A stretch of 64,000 bases of DNA from Octopus vulgaris (lineage: Eukaryota): the NCBI GenBank assembly GCA_951406725.2, contig OX597821.1, positions 66,092,001 to 66,156,000 of the forward strand. Reading direction: 5' to 3'. Within the stretch, counting starts at the first letter, position 1. Each line of letters opens with the position of its first letter. The notes under the pieces were generated by a model. The model had not been told where the DNA came from. It saw nothing but the letters and a program-made list of their open reading frames with translations, and made no database searches. Positions 24,998 to 38,676 of the stretch are shown piece after piece. The position numbers and the translations under genes were made by a program.

Positions 24998-25420
24998 GTG
25001 GATGGAATTTGTGGAAGTGAGAGACCCAGGAAGACATAGCATGAAGTACTGAAGAACAACATGAAGACACAGAACCTTATGGAGGAGATGACAAAGGACC
25101 AACATATGTGGTGTGTTGCTGTAGTTAATGCTGCTCCTCCCCAATGGTGAGGATTGCCCTACAAAGTCCTGTGCTAGTTCCATGAAAGGGGACTCATGCA
25201 GGTGCCATGTAAAAGCACTCAAACCAGTGCCACATTAAAAGCACTCAGCACACATTGTAAAGTGGCTGGCATTAGGAAGGGCATTCAACTATCGAAATCA
25301 AACCAAATCAGACTGGAACCTGGTGCAGCTCTCCTGCTTTGCCAGCTGTGGTCAAACCGTCCAACCCATGCCAGCATGGAAAACAGATGATGAAACATGA
25401 TGATGATGATGATGATGATG
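24998..25420 (+). mobile_element. Decayed RTE LINE 3' fragment
   Basis: From 24998 reads VDGICGSERPRKT*HEVLKNNMKTQNLMEEMTKDQHMW, matching the RTE C-terminal GRPRKTW...DR..W motif, then the family D tail. Confidence 0.8.
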
Positions 25421-26153
25421 TATAATGTAGTTTTAGATACACTATGAGTGAAAAATAAAAAGGGAAATGTGATGATGGTCACAGCTGCCACATCATTAAG
25501 AAGAGTCTGCAAATTCAATTCCAATTTTATTGGATAGGAAGCGCGTGTGTGTATGTGGGAGGGGGGAGAAAGGGCGTGTGCTCAATAACAACAAAAGGCT
25601 ATAATGAAAACAAAATATATTCTGGATAATAAATACTATGTGATCAGCGTACAAGGTTATATATTACGAGAATTATTCTTTAATAAATCATTTTATACAT
25701 TCAATAATTGATCTGATGAACTGCAAGTGATTAGTCTGTCTCCATTTGTTGGTCAGTTTAGCATTGTATTGGTCAGTGTTGTGACATTCATTATTTTGTA
25801 GGTCAATATATTATCGGTCAGTGTTGTGCTGGTCAGCATTATTTTGTTCGGTGAAGTGTCGGTCAGCATTGTTTTGGCACAATGTTGTTCAGTGTTTGTT
25901 GAATGTGAAATCAATATCAGCAAACAAGAAACAGTTTACATTAAAACATTTGTTGTGTAAACACTTTTCTTCTTTAATGCTGCCACAAAGACAACACAGA
26001 TATACATCATTCAAAAAGCTAAATATAAAGACCAGTCGTTATACATCCTTGTCGATGAAATATATATATATATACACACATATAAGAGAGATGACCACTA
26101 AGTGGACATCCATTATGCTAGAGGTAGATCCCATATGGTCTGACCACTAAGAA

Positions 26154-26204
<51 letters not shown>

Positions 26205-26209
<5 letters not shown>

Positions 26210-26688
26210 TGAGGGTGAAAATTTGAATATTAATTTGATTAATATCAATTTAAAACCAGTGGCCTAGCACATTGAAAAACCTGAAGATTCAGAAAAATTA
26301 TATTACATACATATAAGAGGGATGACCACTCAGTGGACATCCATTATGCTAGAGGTAGACCCCATATGATCTGACCACTAAGAAAAGATTGTTCTCAAGA
26401 AAATTCAGCAAATGCTAGAATGTAAGCAAGCAAGTTTATATTTTGTATCTTTTCATTTGTCTTACTCGCTTACATTCTGGTGTTTGCTGAATTTTCTTGA
26501 GAACAATCTTTTCTTAGTGGTCAGATCATATGGGGTCTACCTCTAGCATAATGGATGTCCACTGAGTGGTCATCCCCCTTATATGTATGTAATATAATTT
26601 TTCTGAATCTCCAGATTTTAATATGCTGGACCACTGGTTTTAAATTGATATAAATCAAATTAATATTCAATTTTTCACCCATATTATT
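26205..26688. repeat. Long near-perfect inverted repeat (foldback), ~230-bp arms, 26-bp spacer
   Basis: 26205-26434 is the reverse complement of 26461-26688 with few mismatches. It begins right after a long (TA)n; a partial direct copy lies at ~26070-26154. Confidence 0.9.
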
Positions 26689-27119
26689 CAAATAAATGTG
26701 TGTTTGTATGTGTGTGTGTGTGTGTGTGTGTGTCTGTGTGTGTGTCTGTGTGTATGTGTGGCTTGCTTCTCAATCATAAGGTTCCAGGCTTAGTCCCACT
26801 GCGTGGCACCTGGGGCTATGCAGTGACTTCTACAACAGCCTTGTGAATGGATTTGGTAAATGGAAACTGAAAGAAGCCCTTCATATATATGTATATATAT
26901 GTGTGTGTGTGTGGGTGTGTGTGATTTTTTTTTTGCCCTGCCGTTGCTTGACAACTGATACTGGTGTGTTTATGTCTCCGTAACTTAGCAGTTCGGCACA
27001 AGAGACCGATAAAATAACAACACCGGCTGCATAAAATAAATACATAAAACCATTCTGTATACAAGTATAGACTTGAACGATGTTATAGAAAAAACAAAGA
27101 GAAGATATTTCTGCCTTAC

Positions 27120-27273
27120 CTTTTAACGTCAAATGAGGTTCACAAATATCTAATGTCCATACATTTAATCCAAATATTGTGAAAAGTAAGAAAGTTGTAG
27201 TCCTTAAGGACCTCGCTGCTGGCAACAAGTGTACCAGCAGGTTGTAGTTTAGATCTATAGCAGTCCTTGACAT
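27120..27273 (-). CDS. Candidate first coding exon (exon 27120-27290) encoding an N-terminal leader/signal peptide of a secreted or membrane protein
   Basis: Acceptor ttttctcctttctttcttacacactccttgcctggcag|, a 171-nt exon open in one frame, ACAATG start, MSRTAIDLNYNLLVHLLPAARSLRTTTFLLFTIFGLNVWTLDICEPHLTLK, donor AAG|GTAAGG in phase 1. Unique sequence; no family recognised. Confidence 0.55.
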
Positions 27274-27325
27274 TGTGGTGGATGGCCACACTGCCAGGCA
27301 AGGAGTGTGTAAGAAAGAAAGGAGA

Positions 27326-27444
<119 letters not shown>

Positions 27445-27742
27445 AATATATATTTCTTTTTTTTAATTGAAGAGAGACTGTCTAATCTCAGCGAAGAATT
27501 TAATATTCAGCACATTTCAGTCACTAGGAGTAAGGTTTACGAACACAGGTAGATATCCCTTCAAAAAAGTGCAGGTACAACTTTGGATCCTGTCCCAGCT
27601 GGAAGTAGAAAAGAAAAAAGAAAAAGGATTAAAGAATGAAGTCAAGATTGGCTTGAATGAAAGAAAATAAAAAACAAACATGAAAACAAAATGATAGAAA
27701 AAAACCCACGAATGCTGAAGGAAAGATGGTTTTGGCCTTAAA

Positions 27743-27955
27743 CCCTTTGGATACCAACCCAGCTGAAACTGGCTCTGGCTTTGTAGTATAAAGGTCTTGT
27801 TTTACATAAGTTTTGCTTTAAAATCTTCCATCGAACCTTAGTCACAATTTGTGTTCCTAACACTAGCTTAATGATAACTAAGTTATTTTACTAAATTCGT
27901 TGTTATATCTAAAATTAATTGAAAGAAACACAAAATAATGACAGTAACAAAAGGA
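27743..27955. mobile_element. piggyBac-type MITE
   Basis: TTAA(A)-CCCTTTGGATAC ... GTAACAAAAGGA-TTAA: imperfect CCCTTT/AAAGGG-type ends with TTAA flanks. Confidence 0.65.
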
Positions 27956-30133
27956 TTAAAATTTTCAGAAAGAAAGAAAAAAATTTCCCTTAAAATATTG
28001 ACTTTGAATTTTGGTGCCTGGTCAGTAAGTTTGGCAGAGGGATAAGTCAATCACATTGACCCCTAGTGCCGAACTGGTATTTATTTTGTCAACCCTGAAA
28101 GGATGAAAGGTAAAGTCAACTTCAGTGGAATTTGAACTCGGAACATAAAGATGGATGAAATACCACAAAGCGTTTTGTCCGTTCTTGAGCAAGACACTTT
28201 ATTTCACGTTGCTCCAGTTCACTCAGCTGTAGAAATGAGTTGCGACGTCACAGGTGCCAAGCTGTACCGACCTTTGTCTTTCCCTTGGATAACACTGGTG
28301 GCGTGGAGAGGGGAGGCCGGTATGCATGGGCGACTACTGGTCTTCCATAAAAAAAAAAAAACCTTGCCCAGACTTGTGCCTCAGAGGGTAACTCTCTAGG
28401 TGCAAACCCATGGTCACTCATGACCAAAGGGGGTCTTTATATATATATATATATATATATTCATTTATATATATATATGTATATATGTATCTGTGTGTCT
28501 GTGTTTGTCCCCACTTCCACCATCACTTGGTGTGTAACTTAGCAGTTTAGCAAAAGAAACCAATAGAATAAGTCCTAGGGTTGATTTGTTTGACTAAAGG
28601 CAGTGCTCCAGCATGGCCGCAGTCAAATGACAAACTAATAGAAGAATGAAAGAATAAAAACCCAAATGGGTTGACAAGCTGTGGGGGAACAACACAATGT
28701 TGCACACACACACACACACACAACCATGATGGGCTTTTTTCAGTTTCTGTCTACTGAACACCCTCAACAAGGCTTTAGTCAACTAGGGCCTATAGCAGAA
28801 GACATTTGTTCAAGATGCCACACAGTGGGATTGAACCTGAAACCATGTGGTTGGGAAGCAAGATCCTCAACCACGCAGTCATGCCTGCGCCTGTTTATAG
28901 TGATATGATTTTCCAGGTTATTAACCTCATCTTTACAAAATCTATAAATAATCAATCAAAATATTCTGAAAAAATTATAATTATATTAAAAATAAATCTT
29001 CTCAGATGTTCAGACACTTAAGAACAACAACTTGTCATTTATTTTCCTTTTTTTTTTTTTAACATTATTTTTTTTGTTCTATTATATTTATTTTTATATT
29101 TTTATAAACAGCATCATTTTGAGCTCAAATAGCAGGAGTCTTGGAGAACAATCAATGATTTCAGTGCCTGAACCATTCTAGTGTGCAAGTGACAGTCTGT
29201 GAGTATGTCTGAGTGAGTGAGTGAGTGAGTGAGTATGAGTGTGTGTGTGTGTAAGAGAGACAGACAAACAGGGGTAAGAGAAGAAGAGAGATACACACAT
29301 CATGATTGAGCTTATACTTTGTAGTGTAAAGGAAAATGATACTGTCACATCTTATGGAGGTAATTTTTTATTTGCTGTTTTTCTCAGTTACTTTTACCAA
29401 CTGTAAACAGATGCAGGCATGGTTGGAAAGCCAAGACGTTCAATTTGCATTTATAACGTCCAGGGCTTGAGCCCACTGTATGGAAAGTTGAGCAAGTGTC
29501 TTTTAACATAACCTCCACAAATGCACCAAGCCTTGAGAGTGAAATTAAGAAAAGGGAAATTATATAGAAACCCATTGTATATATTATGACAGTAATTGAA
29601 AGACCTAGCCTAGTTACATATTATATTCAAATTTTAGCACAAGGCCAGCAATTTCAAGAGAGGGGTAAGTTAATTACATCAACCCCAGTATTCAACTGGT
29701 ACTTATTCTATCAACCTTAAAAAGATGAAAGGCAAAGTCAATCTCAGCCTAATTACATATGTCACACTAATTTGACCTAAGAATTACGTAACAAGTATTA
29801 CTCAGCCACATTAATTTAACCAGTAATCATTTATAATTAACCAATTGAATGATCAGTACTAAGACTGATATTTAGGCATAGCAGAATGTTTGAGAACTTT
29901 GCTTTGTATTAAATGAGATACTATAAGATCTGCCATATATCTAGAACTGGAAGAATCCAGACAACTTTAAATAAGATTTCTTGTTGAATAGCAATATTTA
30001 TTGCAGCCTTTGTCCATTATTCTTCCAGCTCCTTTGATCTACAATGACATGAGTACCATTATGAAGGCCATCATTATATGCTAGGTCCAAAGCAATGATG
30101 GTTTAACTTACAATAACTTCTCATGATTTATGA

Positions 30134-30700
30134 TCTATTATATAAAATCTGTTCTGTCTGTGTGTGTGTGTGTATCTTCTAGGATCTCGGGCATCCTCCA
30201 TCTGATTGTGCTCAAATTTGATATGTAGATACCGATGGTATCAGGGCATGTATAAATCTGGAAAAAATCACAAAAATCGATTCCAGGGGAGAATGCGATC
30301 GATAAAGCCGTGGGAACATGCATTTGTATGCGCAAGTACATCAGCTGTTGTGATGTACTTACTGGTACTTTAAACTCTTCGGTTGCATATTTGTGTGAAT
30401 AAAATCATTTTTCTTTGGAATAGAAAAAAGTCTATTTTTATTTCTTCGTTTGCTGGTGTCTCAAATTTAGGTTAAATCAGTGTTTCTCAAAGGGGAGACC
30501 TATGAGACGGTCGAACAAGTTGTTTTGAGAAACTTTGGTTTAGATGTTTGACAACTCAGCATCATCCATTGGATGGGGGCGTTTTGCTTGTACATTATAA
30601 TACTGGAATAACTACTGCACATCTGAGAAATAAGCTACATAAGGGTGGAGTGGTTGCTGCAGTGAAATGTTGCTGGCCATTCTCCATGGCAACACCATCA
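30134..30700 (+). mobile_element. Helitron-like 5' fragment, 3' end not seen
   Basis: A|TCTATTATATAAAATCTGTTCTGTCTGTGTGTG start resembles the 5' end of the 905-1301 Helitron. Right boundary uncertain. Confidence 0.5.
30478..30537. mobile_element. 60-bp hAT (Charlie-type) mini-MITE
   Basis: TIRs CAGTGTTTCTCAAA / TTTGAGAAACTTTG; flanks GGTTAAAT / GTTTAGAT (6/8). A similar end CAGTGGTTCTCAACC occurs at ~9748. Confidence 0.55.
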
Positions 30701-30870
30701 CAATAATATCCACAGAGCTTGGCTGAACATATCATTTGTTCTGGGGTGTACTCCCCCACTCCTACCACCTTTTGTTCCTTAACCCCTGCCCTAACTTTTT
30801 ATTTCCTTTTACTTTGTTTCCTTCTAATTAAATTGCAATTCAATCTTTACGTAAATGATATCACTGCAAA

Positions 30871-31525
30871 AGGCAGCAAGCTGGCAGAAACGTTAGCACG
30901 CTGGGCGAAATGCTTAGTGGTATTTCGTCTGCTGCTACGTTCTGAGTTCAAATTCCACCGAGGTCAACTTTGCCTTTCATCCTTTCACAGTCGATAAATT
31001 AAGCACCAGTTACTCACAGGGGTCGATGTAATCAATTTAATCCCTTTGTCTGTCCTTGTTTGTCCCCTCTGTGTTTAGCCCCTTGTGGGCAATAAAGAAA
31101 TAAGGAAAGTTCGCACGCCAGGCAAAATGCTTAACAGTATTTTGTTTGTCTTTATGCTCTGAATTTAAATTCTGTCGAGGTGTACTTTGCCTTTCATCCT
31201 TTCAGGATCAATAAATTACATACCAGTTGCATACTGGTGTCAATGTAATCAACTGGTCCCTTCCCAAAAAATTTCAAGCCTTGTGCCTAGACCTAGAGTA
31301 GAAATGAACATCTACAGACAGCGCCAGGTGGCAAGCTGGCAGAGACGTTAGCATGCTGGGTGAAATGCTTAGTGGTATTTCATCAGTCTTTATGTTCTGA
31401 GTTCAAATTCTGCCAAGGTCATCATTGCCTTTCATCCTTTCAGAGTCGATAAATTAAACACCAATTGACTGCCGCCCCCACCCCAAAAAGAATTTCAGAC
31501 CTTGCGCCTAGAGTAGAAAAGATTA
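30871..31525 (+). mobile_element. Three consecutive family C SINEs
   Basis: Repeated CTGAGTTCAAATTC...TTTGCCTTTCATCCTTTC units in the same orientation. Confidence 0.85.
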
Positions 31526-32921
31526 CCACTGTAATCATATAGTTGTCATTGGTCACAGTCATATACTTATGACTTATCCTAACTGTTACATCACTGTCTT
31601 GGAGATGAAGCTGACTGAATATTTCCTACTCTTATCATCACCATCATCAACCTCTGGTCATTGCTGTCTTGAGTTTCAGGAGTCCCAGGGCCAGTTACCA
31701 TGGAAACCTAGTTTCCATGGTAACTGGCTTAACATTACACTCTAACTATGATGTCAGTTCATTGCAGGGTTATCCATTTACAGCTGAGTGGACTGCGGCA
31801 ATGTGAAATGAAGTGTTTTATCTTGTATCTTTTACTTGTTTCAGTCATTAGACTGTGGCCATGCTGAGGCACCACCTTGCAGAACTTTTAGTTGAGTGAA
31901 TCGATCCCAGTATTTTATTTTTTTTTTAAGGTCTGATAGTTATTCTTTCAGCCTTTTTATACTAAACTGTTAAGTCTTATGCAAGAACTCAATGTACCAA
32001 ACCAGTGGAATTGGAACCACAATCTTGCAATCATGAGTGCAATATCATAACAAGGCGACATACCTTGACACCTAACCTGCTCCCGCCACCACCACCACCA
32101 CTACCAAAATAGATAAATAAATAAAACATCAACCAACAAACAGAAACAGTTTTTTTTTTTTTTTTTAAGATCTTAAAGCATAAGGGTATTAATATTAATC
32201 AATAAGATTTTCTGAATTGCAATATTCATGAAAAATTTCTTAAATCCTTAAGAGGCTGACCCTTTCATCTTTGTAGTATTAAAATGGTTGAACTAGAGTT
32301 AAATTGATTTGAACTAACTCTAATGATTAATTTTAGTATCATTTATTACAATATAAATTCTAGTACCCTACAATACGATGCTAATACATTATTAATATTA
32401 GTATAACAACTACTAAAAGATTAATATTAGTACTCTATATTGCAATATTAACATTAATGTTCTACATTAAAATTATAATATAAACAAAAAAATATTGAAA
32501 AAAAAAAACACAAAATAAAGAAATGAAAAATTTGAGTAATTTCAATCACTTTTTAAGAGTTATTTTTATAATTTCGGAATTTACCACTGTTAAAATTATT
32601 GTTTCCATGACAGAATTCTTTTGATCTACATATATAGTTTTGTAACATAGGCACTTTGGCAGAAGGACAAAATTATGTTGGTAGGTTGGAGCAGCGAGTA
32701 ATTTTATAGAATATTTTTATCACCAGTGGAAAATCCACAGATGATTGATATGATAAATAATCATTTGCAGCCAACTGAATTAAGAGCATTAAACACACAC
32801 ACACACACTATATATTTGGTCACTTATATTTTAGGAAGAAATAAAGTAAGCAGAACAAGAAGAGATTTGCAGGATTTTATGTAATATTTGTACTTGTAGG
32901 GTGTGTCACATCTTACATAGT

Positions 32922-33321
32922 TGTAGAAAGGAAAAATAGCAGGAGCACGAATCTCCGAAAAAATAGCAATCATAATTAATTTCGCCGAAATAAGCATTCC
33001 ATCTCTGGACGTCAGTAGTGTTGATGCCTGGGTGGAAGCAGCAGGGTTAGTAGTTAGACACAAAATACGAAGGCATTTTCACAGACTCGCAACGTCGCTT
33101 GCCGTCAGAATGCCAGCTCCACGGAGCTGGTCTCAGTCGCATCCTGTCTGGTTAGAAGCTGGGGGAAGGGGGCCGAAGAGAGAGAATAGCGGTCAAGCTT
33201 AGCTGCTGCTGATGACTGCACATGCACATGAGGGACTTCCGGCAGGCCTTCCGGAAGTCTGATACTTGCACGTGTGCAGAATAAAATCGCAAAATGGAGT
33301 CTGGAACCTGGCATCACTACA
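32922..33321 (+). mobile_element. Possible solo LTR
   Basis: 400-bp GC/CpG-rich island bounded by TGTAG...CTACA, with AATAAA about 40 nt before the right end. No clear TSD. Confidence 0.45.
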
Positions 33322-33424
33322 GATATGTAGGACAGAGAGTCACTGAAGAGGTCATAAAAATAATAATAATAAAATTGAAGTGAAGACTAAATATATAAGA
33401 GCAGGTGAAGCCTGTTAATATATA

Positions 33425-33608
33425 TGTCCAGCATTTGCCATGATACATCACTAGCCACTACACATTCTTTATTTTCTCTCCTTGTTTCTTTCTTTGGAAC
33501 GGCATAGGCTTGAAATGTTAAAGACTTTTTCACTTCCCGAGCGTTATACTAATACATCTGTTTGTTGTCTACACACCAGTCTTCGTCTTTTGTTTTTTTG
33601 TGAATTCT

Positions 33609-33612
<4 letters not shown>
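33425..33612 (+). mobile_element. TA-flanked putative Penelope-like remnant
   Basis: Ends in (TA)n. Contains cttt-GGAA-cggc-atag-gctt-GAAAT-GTTA-aag, a heavily decayed hammerhead-like arrangement. Confidence 0.35.
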
Positions 33613-33651
<39 letters not shown>

Positions 33652-33870
33652 CACACATATCTATGCGTGTGTATATGTTTGTGTGTCTGTATTTGTCCCC
33701 CACCCCCAACATTGCTTGACAACCGATAGTGGTGTGTTTACATCCCCGTAACTTAGCAGCTTGTTAAAAGAGGTCAATAGAATAAGTACTAGGTTTACAA
33801 AGAATAAGTCTTGGGGGCGATTTGCTTGACTAAAGGCAATGCTCCAGCATGGCTGCAGTCAAAATAAGAG

Positions 33871-33929
<59 letters not shown>

Positions 33930-34422
33930 TTATTCATTTCGTGTTGCTGATGTTATAAGACATTATGGGAGTTACATGTTTAAATATATATTTACTTCCC
34001 GTAACCCGACTGTTTTTATATTATCCTCACAAATTTTATTGCTTGTTTTTTTTTTTGATTTTCATTTGCAAGGACCTTTATATTAGTCTACTTTGTAATT
34101 AATTTCTATGTGGACTGATAGCCGGGTCTATAAGATGAGCTTACTGTGATAGCTACAACATTCTCTGAATCTCTTGCTCGTGTGTATGTCTGTGTGTGTG
34201 TGTGCGATACACATACATATACACATAGATATTCACATTTATATCATCATCATCATTTAATGACCATTTTCCATGCTGGCAAGCCAGAGGGCTGCACCAG
34301 GCTCCAGTTGTCTGTTTTGGTGTGGTTTCCTTCATAAAGCTGGATACCCTTCATAAAACAAACCCCTTTACAGAGTGTAGTGGGTGCTTTTTATGTGACA
34401 CCAACACCAGTGTTTTATACAT

Positions 34423-34587
34423 GGCACAGGAGTGGCTATGTGGTAAATAGCTTGCTTACCAACCACATGGTTCCGGGTTCATTCCCACTGCGTGGAACCT
34501 TGGGCAAGTGTCTTCTACTATAGCCTCGGGCCGACCAAAGCCTTGTGAGTGGATTTGGTAGACGGAAATTGAAAGAAGCCTGTTATA

Positions 34588-34684
<97 letters not shown>

Positions 34685-34905
34685 GTGTGTGTGTGTGTGT
34701 GTTTATGTGCCCCCCCCACTAACATCGCTTGACAACCGATGCTGGGGTGTTTACATCCCTGTAACTTAGCGGTTTGGCAAAGGAGACCGATAGAATAAGT
34801 ACTAGGCTTCCAAAGAATAATTCCTGGGGCCGATTTGCTCAACTAAAGGCGGTGCTCCAGCATGACCGCAGTCAAATGACTGAAACAAGTAAAAGAGATA
34901 AAAGA
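34423..34905 (+). mobile_element. SINE family A, full length, expanded internal microsatellite
   Basis: Head GGCACAGGAGTGGCTATGTGG, internal (TA)n(TG)n, tail AGTCAAATGACTGAAACAAG. Confidence 0.9.
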
Positions 34906-37900
34906 TATATATATATAACCGCCTATATATATATATGCCGACAGCTATGTGTGTACAAATAAATAAGAATAGCAATGTGTGTGTGTGTATATATAAATAT
35001 ATCTATTTATATATATTTATTTATATGTGCAAGACAGTGTGCTAGTGTGTGCGTATGTGTAAGTGTGTGTGTGATACACATACATATACACAAAGATATT
35101 CACATTTACATACATACCCCCACACATCTGTTCATTCTCCCCACAGTTCATTCTACACTTCCTATTTCTGATATCATTAAAGCTTTTACTTCCTGTTTCC
35201 CTAACTCTACCCCACCCCCACCCCGGTTCATTTCATATCACAACTCTTTTACCTTTTGGGAGGAGGTGGGACAATATATTCAAGCCCCGCCTCCTCACTA
35301 AATCTCCTAACATCTGCATTTTTCGTCTCTGTCATCATCACTGACACCACCTTCTCAATGCTATCACCATCTCCATCCACAAGTAACAACCAGAGCTGAT
35401 GAGCATTCTCTAAATGCTTGATCAGCTAGAAATAGCAACCAATTCCTTTTCAAATTAGATCATAACATACTGGTGAAACAATTGGCATCCATATATATAT
35501 ATACATATGCGTGTAGATATTCATCATCATCATCATTATCATCATTTAATGTCCATTGTCTGTGCTGGCATGGGTTGGATGCTTTGTCTGCACTGCTGTG
35601 CTGGAAGCTTGCACCAGGCTCCAGTCTGATTTGGCATGGTTTTCTACAGCTGGATGCCCTTCCTAATGCCAACCACTCTGAAAGTGTAATGGGTGCTTTT
35701 ATGTGCCACCAGCATGGGTACTATTGACATGACACCAATATCTGCCACAACTGCAATTTTGCTTGGTTTGATGGGTCTTTTTCTCAAGCCCGACATAATG
35801 CCAATTGTCTTGGTCATTGCCTCTTTGAGGCCCAACACTCGCAAGAAACTTGGCCACCTCGCCTGCATGAGGCCCAGGATGTACAAATAAATAAAAATAG
35901 TGATAAGAAAGTGTGTGTGTGTATATATGTATTTATATAAACATAGTCATGTATAAATATATCTATTTATAGATATATTTATATAAATAAGGATAAGATC
36001 GTTATTTAAATATTGATCTTATCAAGTGGCCAGCATGGAAATAAAAACCTTTAAAGGTAATAATTATTATTGAAATTATAATTTAGGGTATCTAAGAGAT
36101 ACCACCATGCTTGAAATAGCAGCCAAAACTTGACTCTACAACCACATTAATATTTACACACACATATATATATATATATATTTATATGTGAGAGAGTGTG
36201 CCTGTGTGTGTGTGTGCAGAATGTGCATGTATGTGTGTGCGCATATGTGTGATACACATACATATACACAAAGACATTCACATTTACATATATATCCACT
36301 AGTAACAACAGAGCTGGAGAGCAGTCTGTAAATGCTTGATCAGCTAGAAATAGCAACCAATTCCTTTTCAAATCTCCCCATAACATATTGGTGAAAGAAT
36401 TGGCATCCAGGAATTGTGGTTGCTAGCAGTGCCATGGAAATGGCACCCAGCTGTGAATCGTAGTTGTGGTCGTTGCTGGTATCATCTAAACAGTACCTGT
36501 GCTGGTGGCACATAAAAGCACCCATTACACTCCTGGGCATCCGGCCGTGGAAACCATGCAAGATCAGAATAGAACCTGGTGCAGCTCCCTGGATCATCAG
36601 CTCCAATTAAACCGTCGAACTCATGCCAGGAAGGAGGATGATGATGATGATGATGATGAATGATTTATTGAAGGACATAGATCTGTGGTGTATGTGTTCC
36701 CCCTAGCTGGACGGGTGCCAGTCCATCGCAGTGTTACTCAAGAAACAGGAAGAGAGAGAATGAGAGAAAGTTGTGATGAAAGAGTACAATAGCGGTTGCC
36801 ATCACCCCCTGCCAGAGCTTCGTGGAGCTTTTAGGTGTTTTCGCTCAATAAACACACACAACGCCCAGTCTGGGAATCGAAACCGCGATCCTCCGACCGC
36901 GTGTCTGCTGCCCTAACCACTGGGCCATTGTGCCTCCACTGGTACAGGAATGGAAACCACAATCTTATGATCATGAATCCAACACCCTAACCACTTAGCC
37001 ACGTACCTCCACACTGAAGCTGGTCTTTCATTTCTGGAATGAGTTCACCACTCGAGCACAACCGTACTATACAATCCATCTCATGACCTTAACCATCTGT
37101 TATCTTTTACTTTTTACCTGTTTCATTCATTAGACTACGGCCATGCTGGGGCATCACCTTGAAGAATTTTAACAGAATTAATTAACCATCATTATTTGTT
37201 TGTTTTTTTTTTTTTGCAGCCTGGATCTTATTCTATGAGTTTCTTTAACCAAACTGCTAAACCACAGGGACATAAACACACCAATACTGGTTGTTAAGCA
37301 GTGAATGGGGTGGAGAACAGAGGCACAAAGACACACATACACAAATATATACATATACACACATATATACATGTAAATATGATGCGCTACCAAGTGCCAC
37401 ACAGTGGGACTGAACCCAAAACCATGTGGTTGGGAAGCAAGCTAATTACCACACAGCCACACTTGTGACAATATCATTCAAAAGTCTTCACCTGCATATA
37501 AAACACCTGGCCAAAGTACCAAGCTGTGGGACTGAACTCCCAAACATGACTGCGAAAAGGACTTCTTTAACCACCGGGCAAAGGCTGTACAACTTTCCTG
37601 CCATTCAACTATTCAACTAGATTCCAAACATGATGCACATGTGGGATCAGTGGGTGGTTCAGGGTTGGGGTACTGAATAAAAGGTTAGGGTTGAACCCCA
37701 CCCCATCTGCACACACATTTTTCATGTGTGACCCATGATGAAATTGTCAACTAATTAATTAATTGCGCAGTAATGTAATTAAAGCAGGAAATAAGAAGTA
37801 AGTTAACAAAATGTTGAAGAAAAAAAGCATATACATATATAGAATAAAATGCAAACATCGCCACACAAACATGCATCTAGTACCCCCCATATTGCGATGC

Positions 37901-38644
37901 ATTCAAAGTGCATAATTTGTTGCAGCTAACAAAATATGAGTCACACATGATGGGACAGCCTCCTCATATGTCTGACAAAATTTAGTAATAAAAATAACAC
38001 ACGCAAGGAAACATATTCACATAGTTATATAAAAAGAATGTAGTGCACTTCATAGTTACACATACACACATAAAAGTGCAAATATATAGACACATACATA
38101 TACACATGTATACACATGGGGAAGTAACCATCTACAGGAATACTACAGCACAAATAAACACATACACACACATGCACATATACTTAAATACATACATAAA
38201 TATATATACACACACATATGTACATATACATATATATATATATACACATGTATATATACATACATATACACACACATATGTACATATATATATACATATA
38301 TACACACGTGTACATATACATACATACGCACACACGTGTACATATATACATACACACATATAAATACACACAAGTGTACATATATACATACACACATATA
38401 AATACAGACATGCATGTACATATATACATACACACATATACATGTACATACATGTTCATAAGTACATACACACATATACAGTCACATACACATGTACATA
38501 TATACATACACACATGTACATACATATATAGACACACATATTCATATACATATATATATATATAGACATATATACACACATATATACACATGTATACACA
38601 TTCATATATAACACCACATTCTTGTTCTTTTTCTTTCTCTCACT

Positions 38645-38676
<32 letters not shown>

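Noticed and set aside
25745-25880. Cluster of GGTCA nuclear-receptor half-sites
   Set aside because: Looks like a decayed short tandem repeat with irregular spacing; nothing supports function.
37648-37710. Short inverted repeat GTGGGTGGTTCA / TGAACCCCAC with a TTAGGG inside
   Set aside because: Too short and degenerate to call a MITE; a single TTAGGG is not telomeric.
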